Shown piece after piece: positions 1-9,238 of a stretch of DNA of 20,000 nucleotides. This DNA is from an uncultured virus (IMG/VR IMGVR_UViG_3300047564_002075) (Duplodnaviria; Heunggongvirae; Uroviricota; Caudoviricetes): IMG/VR virus record IMGVR_UViG_3300047564_002075. One strand, written 5' to 3'. The notes beneath the pieces were generated by a model. It saw nothing but the letters and a program-made list of their open reading frames with translations, was not told the origin of the DNA and did no database searches. The position numbers and the translations under genes are program-made. The first letter of the stretch is position 1. Every line of letters begins with the position of its first letter.

Positions 1-181
1 TCATCGTGTCCTCCAAAGTTCCCATTGTCTGATATACATCACTCTTTGTAGCGAGAGATCTTACAGTATCTCTGTACCAAGAATATGATCTTGGTTCTGT
101 CCCCGCAAGTTGACGAACTTCTTGGAACAGAGTTAAATTATTATTCTTGGTTACTGAGTCTCCGCCTCTAAGTTGTGTCAT
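1..181 (-). CDS. N-terminal fragment of a probable T4 gp2-like DNA end protector (runs off the window edge)
   Basis: ATG at 181-179 overlaps the gp4 stop (ATGA). Reads MTQLRGGDSVTKNNNLTLFQEVRQLAGTEPRSYSWYRDTVRSLA... open to base 1. Call rests on position after gp4 and the S..WYR motif. Confidence 0.5.
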   Translation of the reverse strand, partial: MTQLRGGDSVTKNNNLTLFQEVRQLAGTEPRSYSWYRDTVRSLATKSDVYQTMGTLEDTM

Positions 182-618
182 ACTTTTAGTTCGTCTTCTG
201 TGATTATTTTAAACTGCATTCTATTATCTTCACAGAATTCTTTTGCGGCTTCCCACTTAGCCTGATTCTTTACATACTCAGAAACTTCATAGAGATATGA
301 TTTAGTCATTCTCTGTTGTTTCTTTGGTTCCTTAGTTTGTTTCTTTGGTTTTACTTCCACCAAATACTTTTGAATATTACCATTGACATCTCTAACTTTG
401 ATATAAAAATCAACAAAGTATCTGTGAATCTTTCCATCCAATGGAGACCTATAGGGGATGGCAATTTCTTCACTGCCCCACTCAAGAATATTTTGATTCA
501 AGTCACAGTATTTCATGAACTTTAATTCCCAAGAAGACCTATAAATAATGTTACGATAGTCTCCTCTGTACTTTGATGTATTTCTAGGAATAAATTTTCC
601 CTTCAAAGTATTTGTCAT
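178..618 (-). CDS. gp4: Head completion protein / nuclease, T4 gp4-like
   Basis: KY.GD..IIYRSSWE..FM..CD, WGSEE..IPY, HRYF.DF, EVKP and KW.AA motifs. Divergent from gp48 as in T4-like cyanophages. Confidence 0.9.
   Translation of the reverse strand: MTNTLKGKFIPRNTSKYRGDYRNIIYRSSWELKFMKYCDLNQNILEWGSEEIAIPYRSPLDGKIHRYFVDFYIKVRDVNGNIQKYLVEVKPKKQTKEPKKQQRMTKSYLYEVSEYVKNQAKWEAAKEFCEDNRMQFKIITEDELKV
540..547 (+). promoter_or_regulatory. T4-type late promoter (TATAAATA), candidate for gp48-gp53
   Basis: Exact TATAAATA about 100 nt upstream of the gp48 ATG, inside gp4 on the opposite strand. Confidence 0.6.
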
Positions 619-643
619 ATAAAGAATAATACACCTCAGGAAA

Positions 644-651
644 TATTTATG
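644..651 (-). promoter_or_regulatory. Late promoter (CATAAATA) for gp4
   Basis: NATAAATA match 25 nt upstream of the gp4 start. Confidence 0.6.
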
Positions 652-1629
652 GCAACCGCATCAAAGTCATACAGTAGAAGTAGAGCATCAATTGATAAGT
701 TGATGTGGCCTGCCAATCTTACTAGTGTATTTGATTATTTGCAGATTGATATCGTTGAATTTATTCCTATTGCACAAGCAACTTCAACCACAGCAAGTAA
801 TACAACCACTCCATCAGCACCAGTTTCTGCGAGTTCTATAACTTCTGGTATTGTATCAATTGCAGGAGGTCTAATTAATGGTGGACTCAGTAATGTTCAG
901 TTATCAAATCCACAAGCAGATGTAAAGCAAACAGTTCTCTTACCAGTACCAGAGAATTTAAATTATACTGATGCGTTAAAATGGAATGAAGTTGATATTG
1001 GAGTTATGGGCAAAATGTTACCTGGACTTGCCGCTGGAGTTCTAGGTGGAGATGCAGGTGGTGCAACGAATGCAATTCAAAATTTGGCAAAGGGTGGAAA
1101 GATAGGAGTAATTCTTGAAGCAATAAAAAGTATGGGTTTGAATGCCAATGCCATTACACAGGGGATTGGTGGGAAAATTGCAAACCCATATACTGAACAA
1201 ATTTTTGAAGGTATTAATATGAGAAACTTTGACTTGAGTTGGAAGTTAGTTCCAAGGAGTCAACCAGAACAAATAAAAATATATGAAATGATTAAAGAGA
1301 TAAGAAAATATGCATTGCCAAACTACTCTGGTACTCTAGGTGGAACTGGATTGGAATCTAATGCAGGAGATACTCTTTCAGATAGATGGTTAGAAGTTCC
1401 ATACATATTCAGACTGAGTTGGAAAAAACCAGGGGGAGGAGAACTGGTATCACTACCAAAGATCAAACCATGTGTTCTAAAAAATATTCAAGTTTCTTAT
1501 ACACCAGACAATGTATGGGCAACTCACATGGTAAATAGTTCTGATCCATATCCAGTCGCATACAACATAACGATGAATTTCACAGAAACAGAAATCATCA
1601 CCAGGAACGATGTAGAAAGCGGGTACTAA
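649..1629 (+). CDS. gp48: Baseplate tail tube cap, T4 gp48-like
   Basis: NPYTEQIFEG...R.F...WKL.PRS..E and KIKPCVL..I.V.YTPD...P......M.F.E.EI.TR motifs. Lies between gp4 and gp53. Confidence 0.85.
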   Translation: MATASKSYSRSRASIDKLMWPANLTSVFDYLQIDIVEFIPIAQATSTTASNTTTPSAPVSASSITSGIVSIAGGLINGGLSNVQLSNPQADVKQTVLLPVPENLNYTDALKWNEVDIGVMGKMLPGLAAGVLGGDAGGATNAIQNLAKGGKIGVILEAIKSMGLNANAITQGIGGKIANPYTEQIFEGINMRNFDLSWKLVPRSQPEQIKIYEMIKEIRKYALPNYSGTLGGTGLESNAGDTLSDRWLEVPYIFRLSWKKPGGGELVSLPKIKPCVLKNIQVSYTPDNVWATHMVNSSDPYPVAYNITMNFTETEIITRNDVESGY

Positions 1630-1630
1630 A

Positions 1631-2551
1631 ATGTTTTTTAATTCAATCCCAGATTTTTTATATCCAGACTTTAAAGTTGCTGGAAAATATAAACTCTCTA
1701 AAAACATTTTTAGACGAGTAAGAGCAAGAGATAGTTTCAATGCAATATATACTACCTCAACATCGTATACGATTCAAGATGGAGAGACACCAGATAGTAT
1801 AGCATATAAAGAGTATGGAGATTCCGAGTGGTTCTGGACCATCTTAATACTCAATAACATCATAGACATACATGATATGTGGCCAATGGCTGCAGACGAA
1901 CTTGACAAGTACATCCAGAAAAAATATAACGGATACGAAAACAAACCTCGTTACTGGGAAACTACAGAAATTAAAAACTTCAATGGTGAAGTTGTAATTC
2001 CAAATGGAATCATTGTTGAATTATTCCAAGACAAACCAGAACAAAGTTTAGTAGATTACAAACCACAACTACTTAAAGAGTCTCTTAGATTTGTTTCGCA
2101 GTTTTCTCCAAAGGGTTCTACTACCATTGAACTTGGCAGTGCAGAGAACCTTCTTCCTGGAGATCTATTAAATGCACAGTATGATACTAGGATCACAAAT
2201 ATAAATGGAACTACCATTACAATTGATAGACCATTAGAATATAATGTCTTCCCTGGTTATGCGATTAAGTTTACAAGATATGATGACTGGACAAGAGAGT
2301 ACATTTATAATATATCAAAAGACTCTGATGGTAATATCATCTCAATGGTAAAGAGAGTTGCAACTGCAGACACTCTCAGGGAAGTTACCAACAGAGATTA
2401 TGAATATGAATTAAATGAACTGAAGAGAGAAATTAAATTACCGAAGAGAAATTTCTTATCCACAATGGAACGAGAACTAATTCAGTTAATGGAATACGAT
2501 ACCACTTATAAGTTATCAGCAGAAGGATATAGAATCTCAGAAGAGCCATAA
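1631..2551 (+). CDS. gp53: Baseplate wedge subunit, T4 gp53-like (LysM-like N-terminal part)
   Basis: YTIQDGETPDSIAYKEYGDS..FW.IL..NNI.D....WP, YWET.E, and C-terminal VTN.DYE..LNE.KR.I motifs. Confidence 0.88.
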   Translation: MFFNSIPDFLYPDFKVAGKYKLSKNIFRRVRARDSFNAIYTTSTSYTIQDGETPDSIAYKEYGDSEWFWTILILNNIIDIHDMWPMAADELDKYIQKKYNGYENKPRYWETTEIKNFNGEVVIPNGIIVELFQDKPEQSLVDYKPQLLKESLRFVSQFSPKGSTTIELGSAENLLPGDLLNAQYDTRITNINGTTITIDRPLEYNVFPGYAIKFTRYDDWTREYIYNISKDSDGNIISMVKRVATADTLREVTNRDYEYELNELKREIKLPKRNFLSTMERELIQLMEYDTTYKLSAEGYRISEEP

Positions 2552-2576
2552 AAAAGGGGGTCACATGACCCCCTTT
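2550..2576. terminator. Intrinsic terminator between convergent gp53 and gp32
   Basis: Inverted repeat AAAGGGGGTCA (2553-2563) / TGACCCCCTTT (2566-2576). The A-run on the left gives a U-tract on the - strand. Confidence 0.85.
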
Positions 2577-2583
2577 AAAATTA

Positions 2584-3498
2584 TCAATCGTTATCAAACT
2601 CAGCGAGTTTAGCAAAGAAACTCATGGTGTCATCTTCATCATCGGAAGAAACAGACGGACGTACTGAAGCTTCAACACGTACATGTGAAGTATTTGATTG
2701 AGGAACTTCAACATCAAAGTCCTCATCCTCTTCAGTTTCCATATCAACTTTCTTCTGAGGACGACCCTTCAGAACAAGATTCATACGTTTCTCAAGTTCC
2801 TCATAAGTCTTGAAGTTAGAAGGATCAGTGAATGCACTCAGAGAGTGTTCCTTCTTATAGATGGCTTCAAGACCTTCATCATCAAGATTACCAAGAGTTG
2901 AAGGACTTGCAAACTCAGACTTGTCGTAGTTCCAATAACCTGCAACCTTCATGATCTTCAGTTTGAAGTCTGCACCCTGCCACAGATCAAAAGGATTGAT
3001 AGGAGTTTCATCCTCAAACTCAGGTTGCATTGCACCCATGATCTTATCAAAGATCTTCTTACCAAACTTGAACAGGAATACCTTACCTTCGTTTTGAGGA
3101 TTTACAGGATCCTTTACCACATAGATGTTACTGTAATAGGACAGTTTGCGTTTCTGTTTACGAGCAACCTCTTTATCAGAATCACGACCACTGTTCCACA
3201 GTTCACGGTTGAGATCACCAACGGGATCAGATTTACCGAGAGTGGTCAAACTGTTTTCAATATACCAACCACCAGGGCCTTGGAATGCATGACTAAAAAC
3301 TTTCACCCAAGGAATATCTTCACCTTCGGGTGCAGGTAGGAAACGAATCACTGCATAACCATTACCAGACTTATCCAATTCAGGTTTCCAGAAACGATCA
3401 TCAGACCCGCTAGATTCAGTGGAACTAATTTTCTCAAGTTCCCGAGTCAGTTTCTCAAACGCAGAGTTGGAATTTTTTTTGAGAGCAGAAAAAGACAT
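2584..3498 (-). CDS. gp32: Single-stranded DNA binding protein, T4 gp32
   Basis: DDRFWKP.LDKSGNGYAVIRFLP, GPGGWYIENSLTT, YWNYDKSEF and an acidic tail. Start moved to MSFSALKK (3498), which has a GGAG RBS. Confidence 0.96.
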   Translation of the reverse strand: MSFSALKKNSNSAFEKLTRELEKISSTESSGSDDRFWKPELDKSGNGYAVIRFLPAPEGEDIPWVKVFSHAFQGPGGWYIENSLTTLGKSDPVGDLNRELWNSGRDSDKEVARKQKRKLSYYSNIYVVKDPVNPQNEGKVFLFKFGKKIFDKIMGAMQPEFEDETPINPFDLWQGADFKLKIMKVAGYWNYDKSEFASPSTLGNLDDEGLEAIYKKEHSLSAFTDPSNFKTYEELEKRMNLVLKGRPQKKVDMETEEDEDFDVEVPQSNTSHVRVEASVRPSVSSDDEDDTMSFFAKLAEFDND

Positions 3499-3553
3499 GT
3501 GTATTCTCCGTATTGTGTACGTATTTGGCCTTTGTGGTTTTGACCACCTAGTT

Positions 3554-3582
3554 ATCATACCACACCCCTAGGGGGCTGTCAA
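3554..3582 (-). promoter_or_regulatory. Sigma70-type early promoter for gp32
   Basis: TTGACA-N17-TATGAT on the - strand. Confidence 0.85.
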
Positions 3583-3914
3583 GGGTTTTCCATGACAAAA
3601 TTTTTAATATCTCTCAGGTCTCTTTTCATTCTTGAATAGACATGAGAAACATCATATTCGCCCTCTCGGGCAACTAGGTGAAGATGATTCTTTAACATCT
3701 TAACGTATTCTTTTGCATCATCTAGATCAGAGTATTTTGCTCTGAAGTAAATAATTTCTTGAATATCAAGAAGTCTTTCCATCAGGAAGAAATATACTTC
3801 CCTACCTTCTGGGGTACGAAACTTTCCACTGCTGAAGAGACCATTTAGATCTTCCTGAATACGCATAAGTTCAGCAGCTTCAGAACGAACTATGTCGTGA
3901 TCAAAGAACTGCAT
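3579..3914 (-). CDS. Conserved cyanophage hypothetical protein (DUF1825-like)
   Basis: FF..DIVR.E...L...Q and L.D.Q.I.Y.R...SD..DA pattern. Located between gp59 and gp32. Confidence 0.65.
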   Translation of the reverse strand: MQFFDHDIVRSEAAELMRIQEDLNGLFSSGKFRTPEGREVYFFLMERLLDIQEIIYFRAKYSDLDDAKEYVKMLKNHLHLVAREGEYDVSHVYSRMKRDLRDIKNFVMENP

Positions 3915-4492
3915 ACTTTGTCGTAAAGAATTCGCTTATATTTATTAGTGTCCAAGGATAGAAATGGTTCGTATTTCACCACCTTCTTCCTGACTTCTGG
4001 CCAGACCACAGGCTCTTGGATTTGTTTATCAAACACAGAAACATATCCAAGGATTTTGTTTAGAATGACCAATGTTTCTAAACTCAACTGACCAGAAAAA
4101 TATTCTTTGAGAAGTAAAGGATGACCACCAGACGTTTGAAATATCTTATCAAAGTTTGGTTCTTTATCAATCAATCTATCTACTTCTTCAGTAAAAATAA
4201 AACCTAAACTCTGAGTCTTTTTCTTCCAGTCTGCATATATCTTTGAGTTCTGGATGGGAATACTGCCGATCCAGAACTTATCATCGTGAATAAAATGCGC
4301 GACAAAAAACTCCACGATAGAATTACTATCGTGTTTCAGTGCGAGTTTTTTAAAGAAATACTTGTCGTTTCTTTTTTCAAATGAAGCAAGACTAGCTCTT
4401 GACTTACCGTTGAATTGAAAGAAGTTATAGTTGTCTTTAGTGAAGTGAAGTTTCAGAGAAAGATAAATTTTGTAAACTTCAAATCCGTTCAT
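3890..4492 (-). CDS. gp59: Helicase loader, T4 gp59-like
   Basis: F.VYK.YL.LK.HFT...Y.F...GK......F.KR.DKYFF.KL, HP.LLK.Y...SLETL.IL and KY.PFL motifs. Confidence 0.88.
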   Translation of the reverse strand: MNGFEVYKIYLSLKLHFTKDNYNFFQFNGKSRASLASFEKRNDKYFFKKLALKHDSNSIVEFFVAHFIHDDKFWIGSIPIQNSKIYADWKKKTQSLGFIFTEEVDRLIDKEPNFDKIFQTSGGHPLLLKEYFSGQLSLETLVILNKILGYVSVFDKQIQEPVVWPEVRKKVVKYEPFLSLDTNKYKRILYDKVCSSLITT

Positions 4493-4493
4493 A

Positions 4494-4763
4494 TCAAAGA
4501 GGTAGTTTAGCGCGAGAAGTTCTCTTCATGAAACACAATCGTTGTGCATCATATTTAAGTTTCTCTTTCAGAGTTTTGGACAACAGTTTAGGAACACTTT
4601 CATACTCAATTTCATTCTCTTCGCAGTAGGTTAGAACTGCTTCAATGTAATTGAGTTGACCATTACTTTCTTTTACAATCCTTTCAACTTCCAACGAGAA
4701 TTTAGTTGGAGTCATAAACTTGTCATTTAGAACTTCATTTAATGCCTCCTGACTTTTACTCAT
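4494..4763 (-). CDS. gp33: Late transcription coactivator, T4 gp33-like
   Basis: KFS.EVE.IV...NYIEAV..YCEEN.IE.E.V.KL.SK.LKEKLK.DA..L.FMK.TSRAKLPL. Start moved to MSKSQE (4763), overlapping the upstream stop. Confidence 0.9.
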   Translation of the reverse strand: MSKSQEALNEVLNDKFMTPTKFSLEVERIVKESNGQLNYIEAVLTYCEENEIEYESVPKLLSKTLKEKLKYDAQRLCFMKRTSRAKLPL

Positions 4764-5433
4764 TAGCTTGTTTCCATTCTTGTATATACTGACCAAGTTT
4801 TCTAATGTATTTTGATTTGTCATATTCTTCATAGACTTTACACTCTCCATTTTCGCAAGCCATAATAATTACTAATTTTTTTGTTATAAGACCAGTTAGT
4901 TCATATAACATACAAGCGTAACCTACTGCTTGTACAAAATAATCTTCAATCCATTCTCTAGGTTTAGGTTCTTTAGAAGTCTTAAAGTCAATGATTGACA
5001 ACTCTGGAATTCCAGATTCTCCAGTGTATTCTGCAATGCAATCTACAGTACCTGCAACTCCAAGTTTGAGACTATAGAGGGGAGTTTCTAGTGCATGAAT
5101 ATTATTTATCCGATCTAGATCTCCCTTTGCAAACTTGAATAGAAATTGAGATAAAGGTTGAACGTCTGGTAGTGGTTGATTACTGAGATAGTTTTCAACC
5201 AATGTATGCATGTCTGTACCACGACTTGCGGCTTGTCTAGAAATTCTATTTGCCTTTTCGTGACCAACACGATTACGCCATTCTACTATACTTTGACGTT
5301 TTTGGAAACTGGTTACAGTTGTCATTGAAACCAGTTTTATGTCTTCCTCACCAGGAACTTTATAATAACGTTTACCATCAATATCAACTCTTTCAAGTTT
5401 TGGTGGCAACTCTATAGTCACATGATTAAACAT
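4756..5433 (-). CDS. PD-(D/E)XK family exonuclease
   Basis: RGT.MH..VE.YL, E..LYS..LGVAGTVDCIAEY, IIDFKTS and YFVQ..Y motifs. Downstream of phoH as in cyanomyoviruses. Confidence 0.88.
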   Translation of the reverse strand: MFNHVTIELPPKLERVDIDGKRYYKVPGEEDIKLVSMTTVTSFQKRQSIVEWRNRVGHEKANRISRQAASRGTDMHTLVENYLSNQPLPDVQPLSQFLFKFAKGDLDRINNIHALETPLYSLKLGVAGTVDCIAEYTGESGIPELSIIDFKTSKEPKPREWIEDYFVQAVGYACMLYELTGLITKKLVIIMACENGECKVYEEYDKSKYIRKLGQYIQEWKQANE

Positions 5434-6191
5434 TAGAAACCTAGACTGATCTTACTAATTAGATAACTACGAATGAGTCCAGAACGAACAATATCTTCTA
5501 CATTAAATTCAACCATACCAAACTCTTCCATAGTCTGAAGAATACTCATGAAGTTTAGAACTCCATTTTTTTCATTGGTTCTCTGTAGGTCGGTCTGATT
5601 TACATCACCACAGAACATGATCTTACAATCTTCACCAACACGGGTGATGATAGAATCAAGTTCATGGAAGTTCAAGTTCTGGCATTCATCAACAATAATG
5701 ATTGCTTTGTCAAGAGTTGTTCCACGGATGAATGAAGTGGACCAGAAACTGATTGTACCCTGTGCTTTAAGGTTACCATACAGTGCTTCAAAGGAAGCGT
5801 CATCTGGCATTTCAAACATATACTTTACCATGTTCTTATATGGAATCTGGTAAAGAGAAGACTTGTCTTCGTGATCTCCAGGAAGGAAACCAATCTCTCT
5901 GGTTGCAACTAGAGAACGAACAACATATACTTTCTCATAGATAGAATTCTCCTTCATGATTTCACGGAGAGCAAGATACAAAGCAACAAATGTTTTACCT
6001 GTACCAGCTGCACCGTAAAGAAATAGATTCTTATCGTTGTTCCAATGTTCAAAAACTTTTTCTTGGGACGGAGTGAGGGGTTCAATCTTTAGGAGATGAT
6101 CACCGTTGATTGGTTTTTTCCGTCTGAGTTGTTTGGACTTCAGGTTTGCAAATGCACCGTCTTTAGTCACATTCTTTGCAGCTCTTGGCAT
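5433..6191 (-). CDS. phoH: PhoH-family ATPase
   Basis: Walker A GAAGTGKT, REIGFLPG, SFIRGTT, IIVDECQN, GD..Q.DL and DIVRSGL motifs. Confidence 0.96.
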   Translation of the reverse strand: MPRAAKNVTKDGAFANLKSKQLRRKKPINGDHLLKIEPLTPSQEKVFEHWNNDKNLFLYGAAGTGKTFVALYLALREIMKENSIYEKVYVVRSLVATREIGFLPGDHEDKSSLYQIPYKNMVKYMFEMPDDASFEALYGNLKAQGTISFWSTSFIRGTTLDKAIIIVDECQNLNFHELDSIITRVGEDCKIMFCGDVNQTDLQRTNEKNGVLNFMSILQTMEEFGMVEFNVEDIVRSGLIRSYLISKISLGF

Positions 6192-6196
6192 AGTTT

Positions 6197-6433
6197 TTAA
6201 GCGTCAATAGTAGAACCGTAATGGTTTTGTTTAATGGTCTTGAGTTTCTCCTGTAATGGAGATGGAACTTTGTTCCTCCAATCTCCAACTTCACTAACAG
6301 CACTTGCAACACCTGCAGACCAGTCTTTATCCCAATCAGGATTATCTTTTCTCCACTGATCGTACTCTGCCATTGTCATGTAGAGTTCTTGTTTGTCACC
6401 AGTTTGTTTATTAATTACGGGATATGTGGGCAT
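6197..6433 (-). CDS. Conserved cyanophage hypothetical protein
   Basis: MPTYPV.N..TG...EL.M....YDQW.KDNPDW. Start at 6433 has a GGAGG RBS. Confidence 0.75.
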   Translation of the reverse strand: MPTYPVINKQTGDKQELYMTMAEYDQWRKDNPDWDKDWSAGVASAVSEVGDWRNKVPSPLQEKLKTIKQNHYGSTIDA

Positions 6434-6450
6434 TGGTTCCTCCTTTGTAT

Positions 6451-6960
6451 TTAGACCCATTCTGGTTTGCGTTGTGGCATTCTCAAGTAGTTATCTTTCA
6501 CCCATGGTTTGGATGCAATGTACTTTTTATATGCCGTGAAAGTATCTATACTCTTATCCAGTTTGAATTCATCTGGCATCGCACGAACAAAGGATGTTAC
6601 CTTTGTAATCTTACCTTTTGGAAACAGATAATATGCGGCAAGAAGAGTATTATAACATGAATGTGTTTTATTATAACGAATTGTATATTCATCACATAGG
6701 TTCATTCCATGTTTGATCAACCAGTATGCATTGTGAATTGACTCTGCAGCCCACTGTGTACATGGATGATTTCTAAATGCACCTTTGTCGGTTGCGTATG
6801 GAGTACCATCTGATTTTGGCAGAGTCCCATAATTATGATACCACTTGGATGCTACGATGCTAAGCATCTGACAGCACTCAAGTGGCATCTTTACAATATG
6901 TTTGTCTGGGAGAACTACCGCAGACTCTGCAGGAAACTCATTCGTGACAAAGATGTTCAT
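6451..6960 (-). CDS. Pyrimidine-dimer DNA glycosylase / endonuclease V-like protein
   Basis: MNIF......SA..L.DKH.VKM.LE..QMLS, NHPCT.W, L..EY..RY.K.H, AMPDE.K and R.P.W. Function inferred from family resemblance. Confidence 0.6.
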   Translation of the reverse strand: MNIFVTNEFPAESAVVLPDKHIVKMPLECCQMLSIVASKWYHNYGTLPKSDGTPYATDKGAFRNHPCTQWAAESIHNAYWLIKHGMNLCDEYTIRYNKTHSCYNTLLAAYYLFPKGKITKVTSFVRAMPDEFKLDKSIDTFTAYKKYIASKPWVKDNYLRMPQRKPEWV

Positions 6961-6982
6961 GGTCTAATGGTTCACTAGGAAC

Positions 6983-7012
6983 ATTATACCAGAGAAGCCC
7001 CTCACCAGTCAA
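6983..7012 (-). promoter_or_regulatory. Sigma70-type early promoter for the 6960 gene
   Basis: TTGACT-N18-TATAAT overlapping the end of thyX. Confidence 0.65.
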
Positions 7013-7637
7013 GGGCTTCTGCAACGGTTGGAAACTGTTCTTTAAACACCTTCTTGCAATCTTCTGCAATAATCATGTGTTCTTTCTGAGTTCCATTCTC
7101 ACTCCTCAGATTAATATAATGAATCCAAGAACGGCAACTGCCAGTCATATAGATACGAGTTGGAGTTGCAAGAGGAAGAACAAAGCGAGCACACTCTTTT
7201 GCAACACCATTCTCAATCAGATGGTTGTAGAGTGACATACCTTGTTCAAAGTATGTTGCAATCTGTTTCTGGGATAGTTCAATGAATGCAGGATCTAGAT
7301 CATCAATAGAGTTCTGACGATTCTTTGTATCTTGACGACGCAACTCTGGTACTGGAATAGTTGCATCCAAAAGGTTTGCATCAGCATACCTTTGTGAAAA
7401 CTCTTGAAATGTAAAACTTCTGTGTCGGAGTATTTGGGCTGCAATACCACGATTCGTTTCAATCTCCAGAGTCATAGAAGATTGTTCAAACACAGACCAA
7501 TGATTATGTTTAATGCAGTAACGAAGCAGACCAGCGTAGTTTTCATTTTCCTGATTAGCAGGATTGGAAACCCTGGCAATGTATGCCATAGTTTGTTCTG
7601 CATCAGGTGTAATAGAAATCAGTTTAACAGAACTCAT
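7002..7637 (-). CDS. thyX: Flavin-dependent thymidylate synthase
   Basis: ThyX signature RHRSFTFQEFSQRY, plus HWSVFE, AKECARFVLP and TQKEH. Confidence 0.97.
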   Translation of the reverse strand: MSSVKLISITPDAEQTMAYIARVSNPANQENENYAGLLRYCIKHNHWSVFEQSSMTLEIETNRGIAAQILRHRSFTFQEFSQRYADANLLDATIPVPELRRQDTKNRQNSIDDLDPAFIELSQKQIATYFEQGMSLYNHLIENGVAKECARFVLPLATPTRIYMTGSCRSWIHYINLRSENGTQKEHMIIAEDCKKVFKEQFPTVAEALDW

Positions 7638-7646
7638 AAAATAACC

Positions 7647-7901
7647 TCACTTTTTCTTTTTCTCTTTTGCTGGGTTCACCCAGAGTTTTGGATTTACTCT
7701 ACCTTCAGATTGTTTAAATGATTTTAAACCTTCACGATACCTATCCCAATAATAATCAAAAATTTCAATTTTGTTTCTTGGAATTATAAGGTCGTAACAA
7801 GTCACTCCATCATCCTCATATTCTACAATATAAGCTGTATAAGGTAAAGACCTGTCTTGTGCAAGACTAGGATCACATTTATGATGGAGTATTTGCATCA
7901 A
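7647..7901 (-). CDS. Conserved cyanophage hypothetical protein
   Basis: CDP..A.DR.LPY.AY.V.Y, IFDYYWD.Y and Q.EGR.NPKLW. Overlaps the upstream stop. Confidence 0.75.
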   Translation of the reverse strand: MMQILHHKCDPSLAQDRSLPYTAYIVEYEDDGVTCYDLIIPRNKIEIFDYYWDRYREGLKSFKQSEGRVNPKLWVNPAKEKKKK

Positions 7902-8353
7902 CTACGCCCTCCCCATTTAATTTCTGGATATGCTTCTTGAACACATGCTTTGGTAATTTTATATCTCTTACCAAGAGTCTTATCCTTTGTCATACAAACT
8001 ACTTCTGCTTCAGATTGGTGAAGTCCCTCCAGTAGTTGAATGAACATATTCTCTCTTTGAGATTGTCTCAGTCCATCATTACCACCCTTCACAAAGTTGT
8101 ACAGTTTTTTATACTCAAGAAAGAGAAGTGTGTGAGAAGTTCCTTCTGGAACATCATTAGCAGTATAAGGTACTTCCCCCTCAGGAACCATACTAACCAC
8201 ACTCTCATCAAAGTTCCAGATTAAGATAGACTGTAGTGCTGGACTCTTGTATTGATGAAGAAGAGCAATCTTTTCTTTTTTAGTTTTCGCGTTAGATACT
8301 TTCTGAAGCACCTCAGAAATTAGCATCTTTTCAACAGGTAAATTTGTAGCCAT
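7898..8353 (-). CDS. Conserved T4-like phage hypothetical protein
   Basis: LISEVLQKVSNAKTK.EK, LIWNFDESV.S..PEGEVPY and RE.MFIQ.LEGLH..EA. Immediately downstream of rnh. Confidence 0.8.
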   Translation of the reverse strand: MATNLPVEKMLISEVLQKVSNAKTKKEKIALLHQYKSPALQSILIWNFDESVVSMVPEGEVPYTANDVPEGTSHTLLFLEYKKLYNFVKGGNDGLRQSQRENMFIQLLEGLHQSEAEVVCMTKDKTLGKRYKITKACVQEAYPEIKWGGRS

Positions 8354-8354
8354 T

Positions 8355-9233
8355 TTAAAAATCCTCTATTTCATTCAGGAGTGATGTAAGTTTGTTGTTC
8401 AGAAAGTAATTCAATGTTACTTTCTTTTTTACAGAACTATTTAACAGTTCAAATTCTTCAACAATTTGATCTTCAATTTTTGAAGGAACGCAACTAAGAT
8501 CAATCAGACTTTTATTGCGTAGGTAGTTCTTGAGTTGATCTTGATTACAAAAAGTTTCTGGTTCGGAATTAATCCACTTGACTAGATTCTTTTTGCTGAT
8601 GGGTTTCTGTCTTTTACCAGAGACAAATGTATCATCGTCAGAGAGAAAGTTTGGAATACCATCACTCCGATCTCCCTTGATGATATGTTCCACCAAGTAT
8701 TGCTTTGGATCTTCAAACTTCACAAACTTTTTAAGAATAGGATTGTACTGTTTTACACAAGGATACTTACTCAGCTGAATAAAGTCTTTGTCACCAGACA
8801 AAATTAGAACTTTCTCAACTTGTTCTCCTATCTTCTGAAGTTTTGTGTTTTTGATTGCAGTGTGTTTGGACAGTACACTAATGATGTCATCAGCTTCTGC
8901 ACCATAAATTTCCATTACAATATATGGAAAGTGTTCCCTCAGTTCATCTCTAATTTTATTCAGGACTTCAAAGATCTTACTCCAATCATGAGTAGATTTT
9001 TCACGATCCTTCTTTCGGTTTTGTTTGTAGTGAGGGAACTTCTCCTTTCTCCAATAAAATTTGGAGTCATAACAAAGAACTAGTTGACCGTATTCTTCGG
9101 AGAAACTTTTCTTGTAGTGTTTGATAGAGTTAAGAACCATATGTCTAACTAGATTCTCATCAAGTCCATCACTCACTTTGATTTGCATCATCAAATTACT
9201 GATCATGCACTGATTCATATCAACGAGTATCAT
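8355..9233 (-). CDS. rnh: T4-type RNase H (FEN-like 5'-3' exonuclease)
   Basis: MILVD.NQ, YWR...FP.YK..RK, EADDII, ILSGDKDF.QL and GD.SDGIPN motifs. Confidence 0.95.
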   Translation of the reverse strand: MILVDMNQCMISNLMMQIKVSDGLDENLVRHMVLNSIKHYKKSFSEEYGQLVLCYDSKFYWRKEKFPHYKQNRKKDREKSTHDWSKIFEVLNKIRDELREHFPYIVMEIYGAEADDIISVLSKHTAIKNTKLQKIGEQVEKVLILSGDKDFIQLSKYPCVKQYNPILKKFVKFEDPKQYLVEHIIKGDRSDGIPNFLSDDDTFVSGKRQKPISKKNLVKWINSEPETFCNQDQLKNYLRNKSLIDLSCVPSKIEDQIVEEFELLNSSVKKKVTLNYFLNNKLTSLLNEIEDF

Positions 9234-9238
9234 AAAAA

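Noticed and set aside
4756..5433. Cas4 assignment for the exonuclease
   Set aside because: It lacks the four-Cys Fe-S pattern and sits in the standard phoH-exonuclease-gp33 core context.
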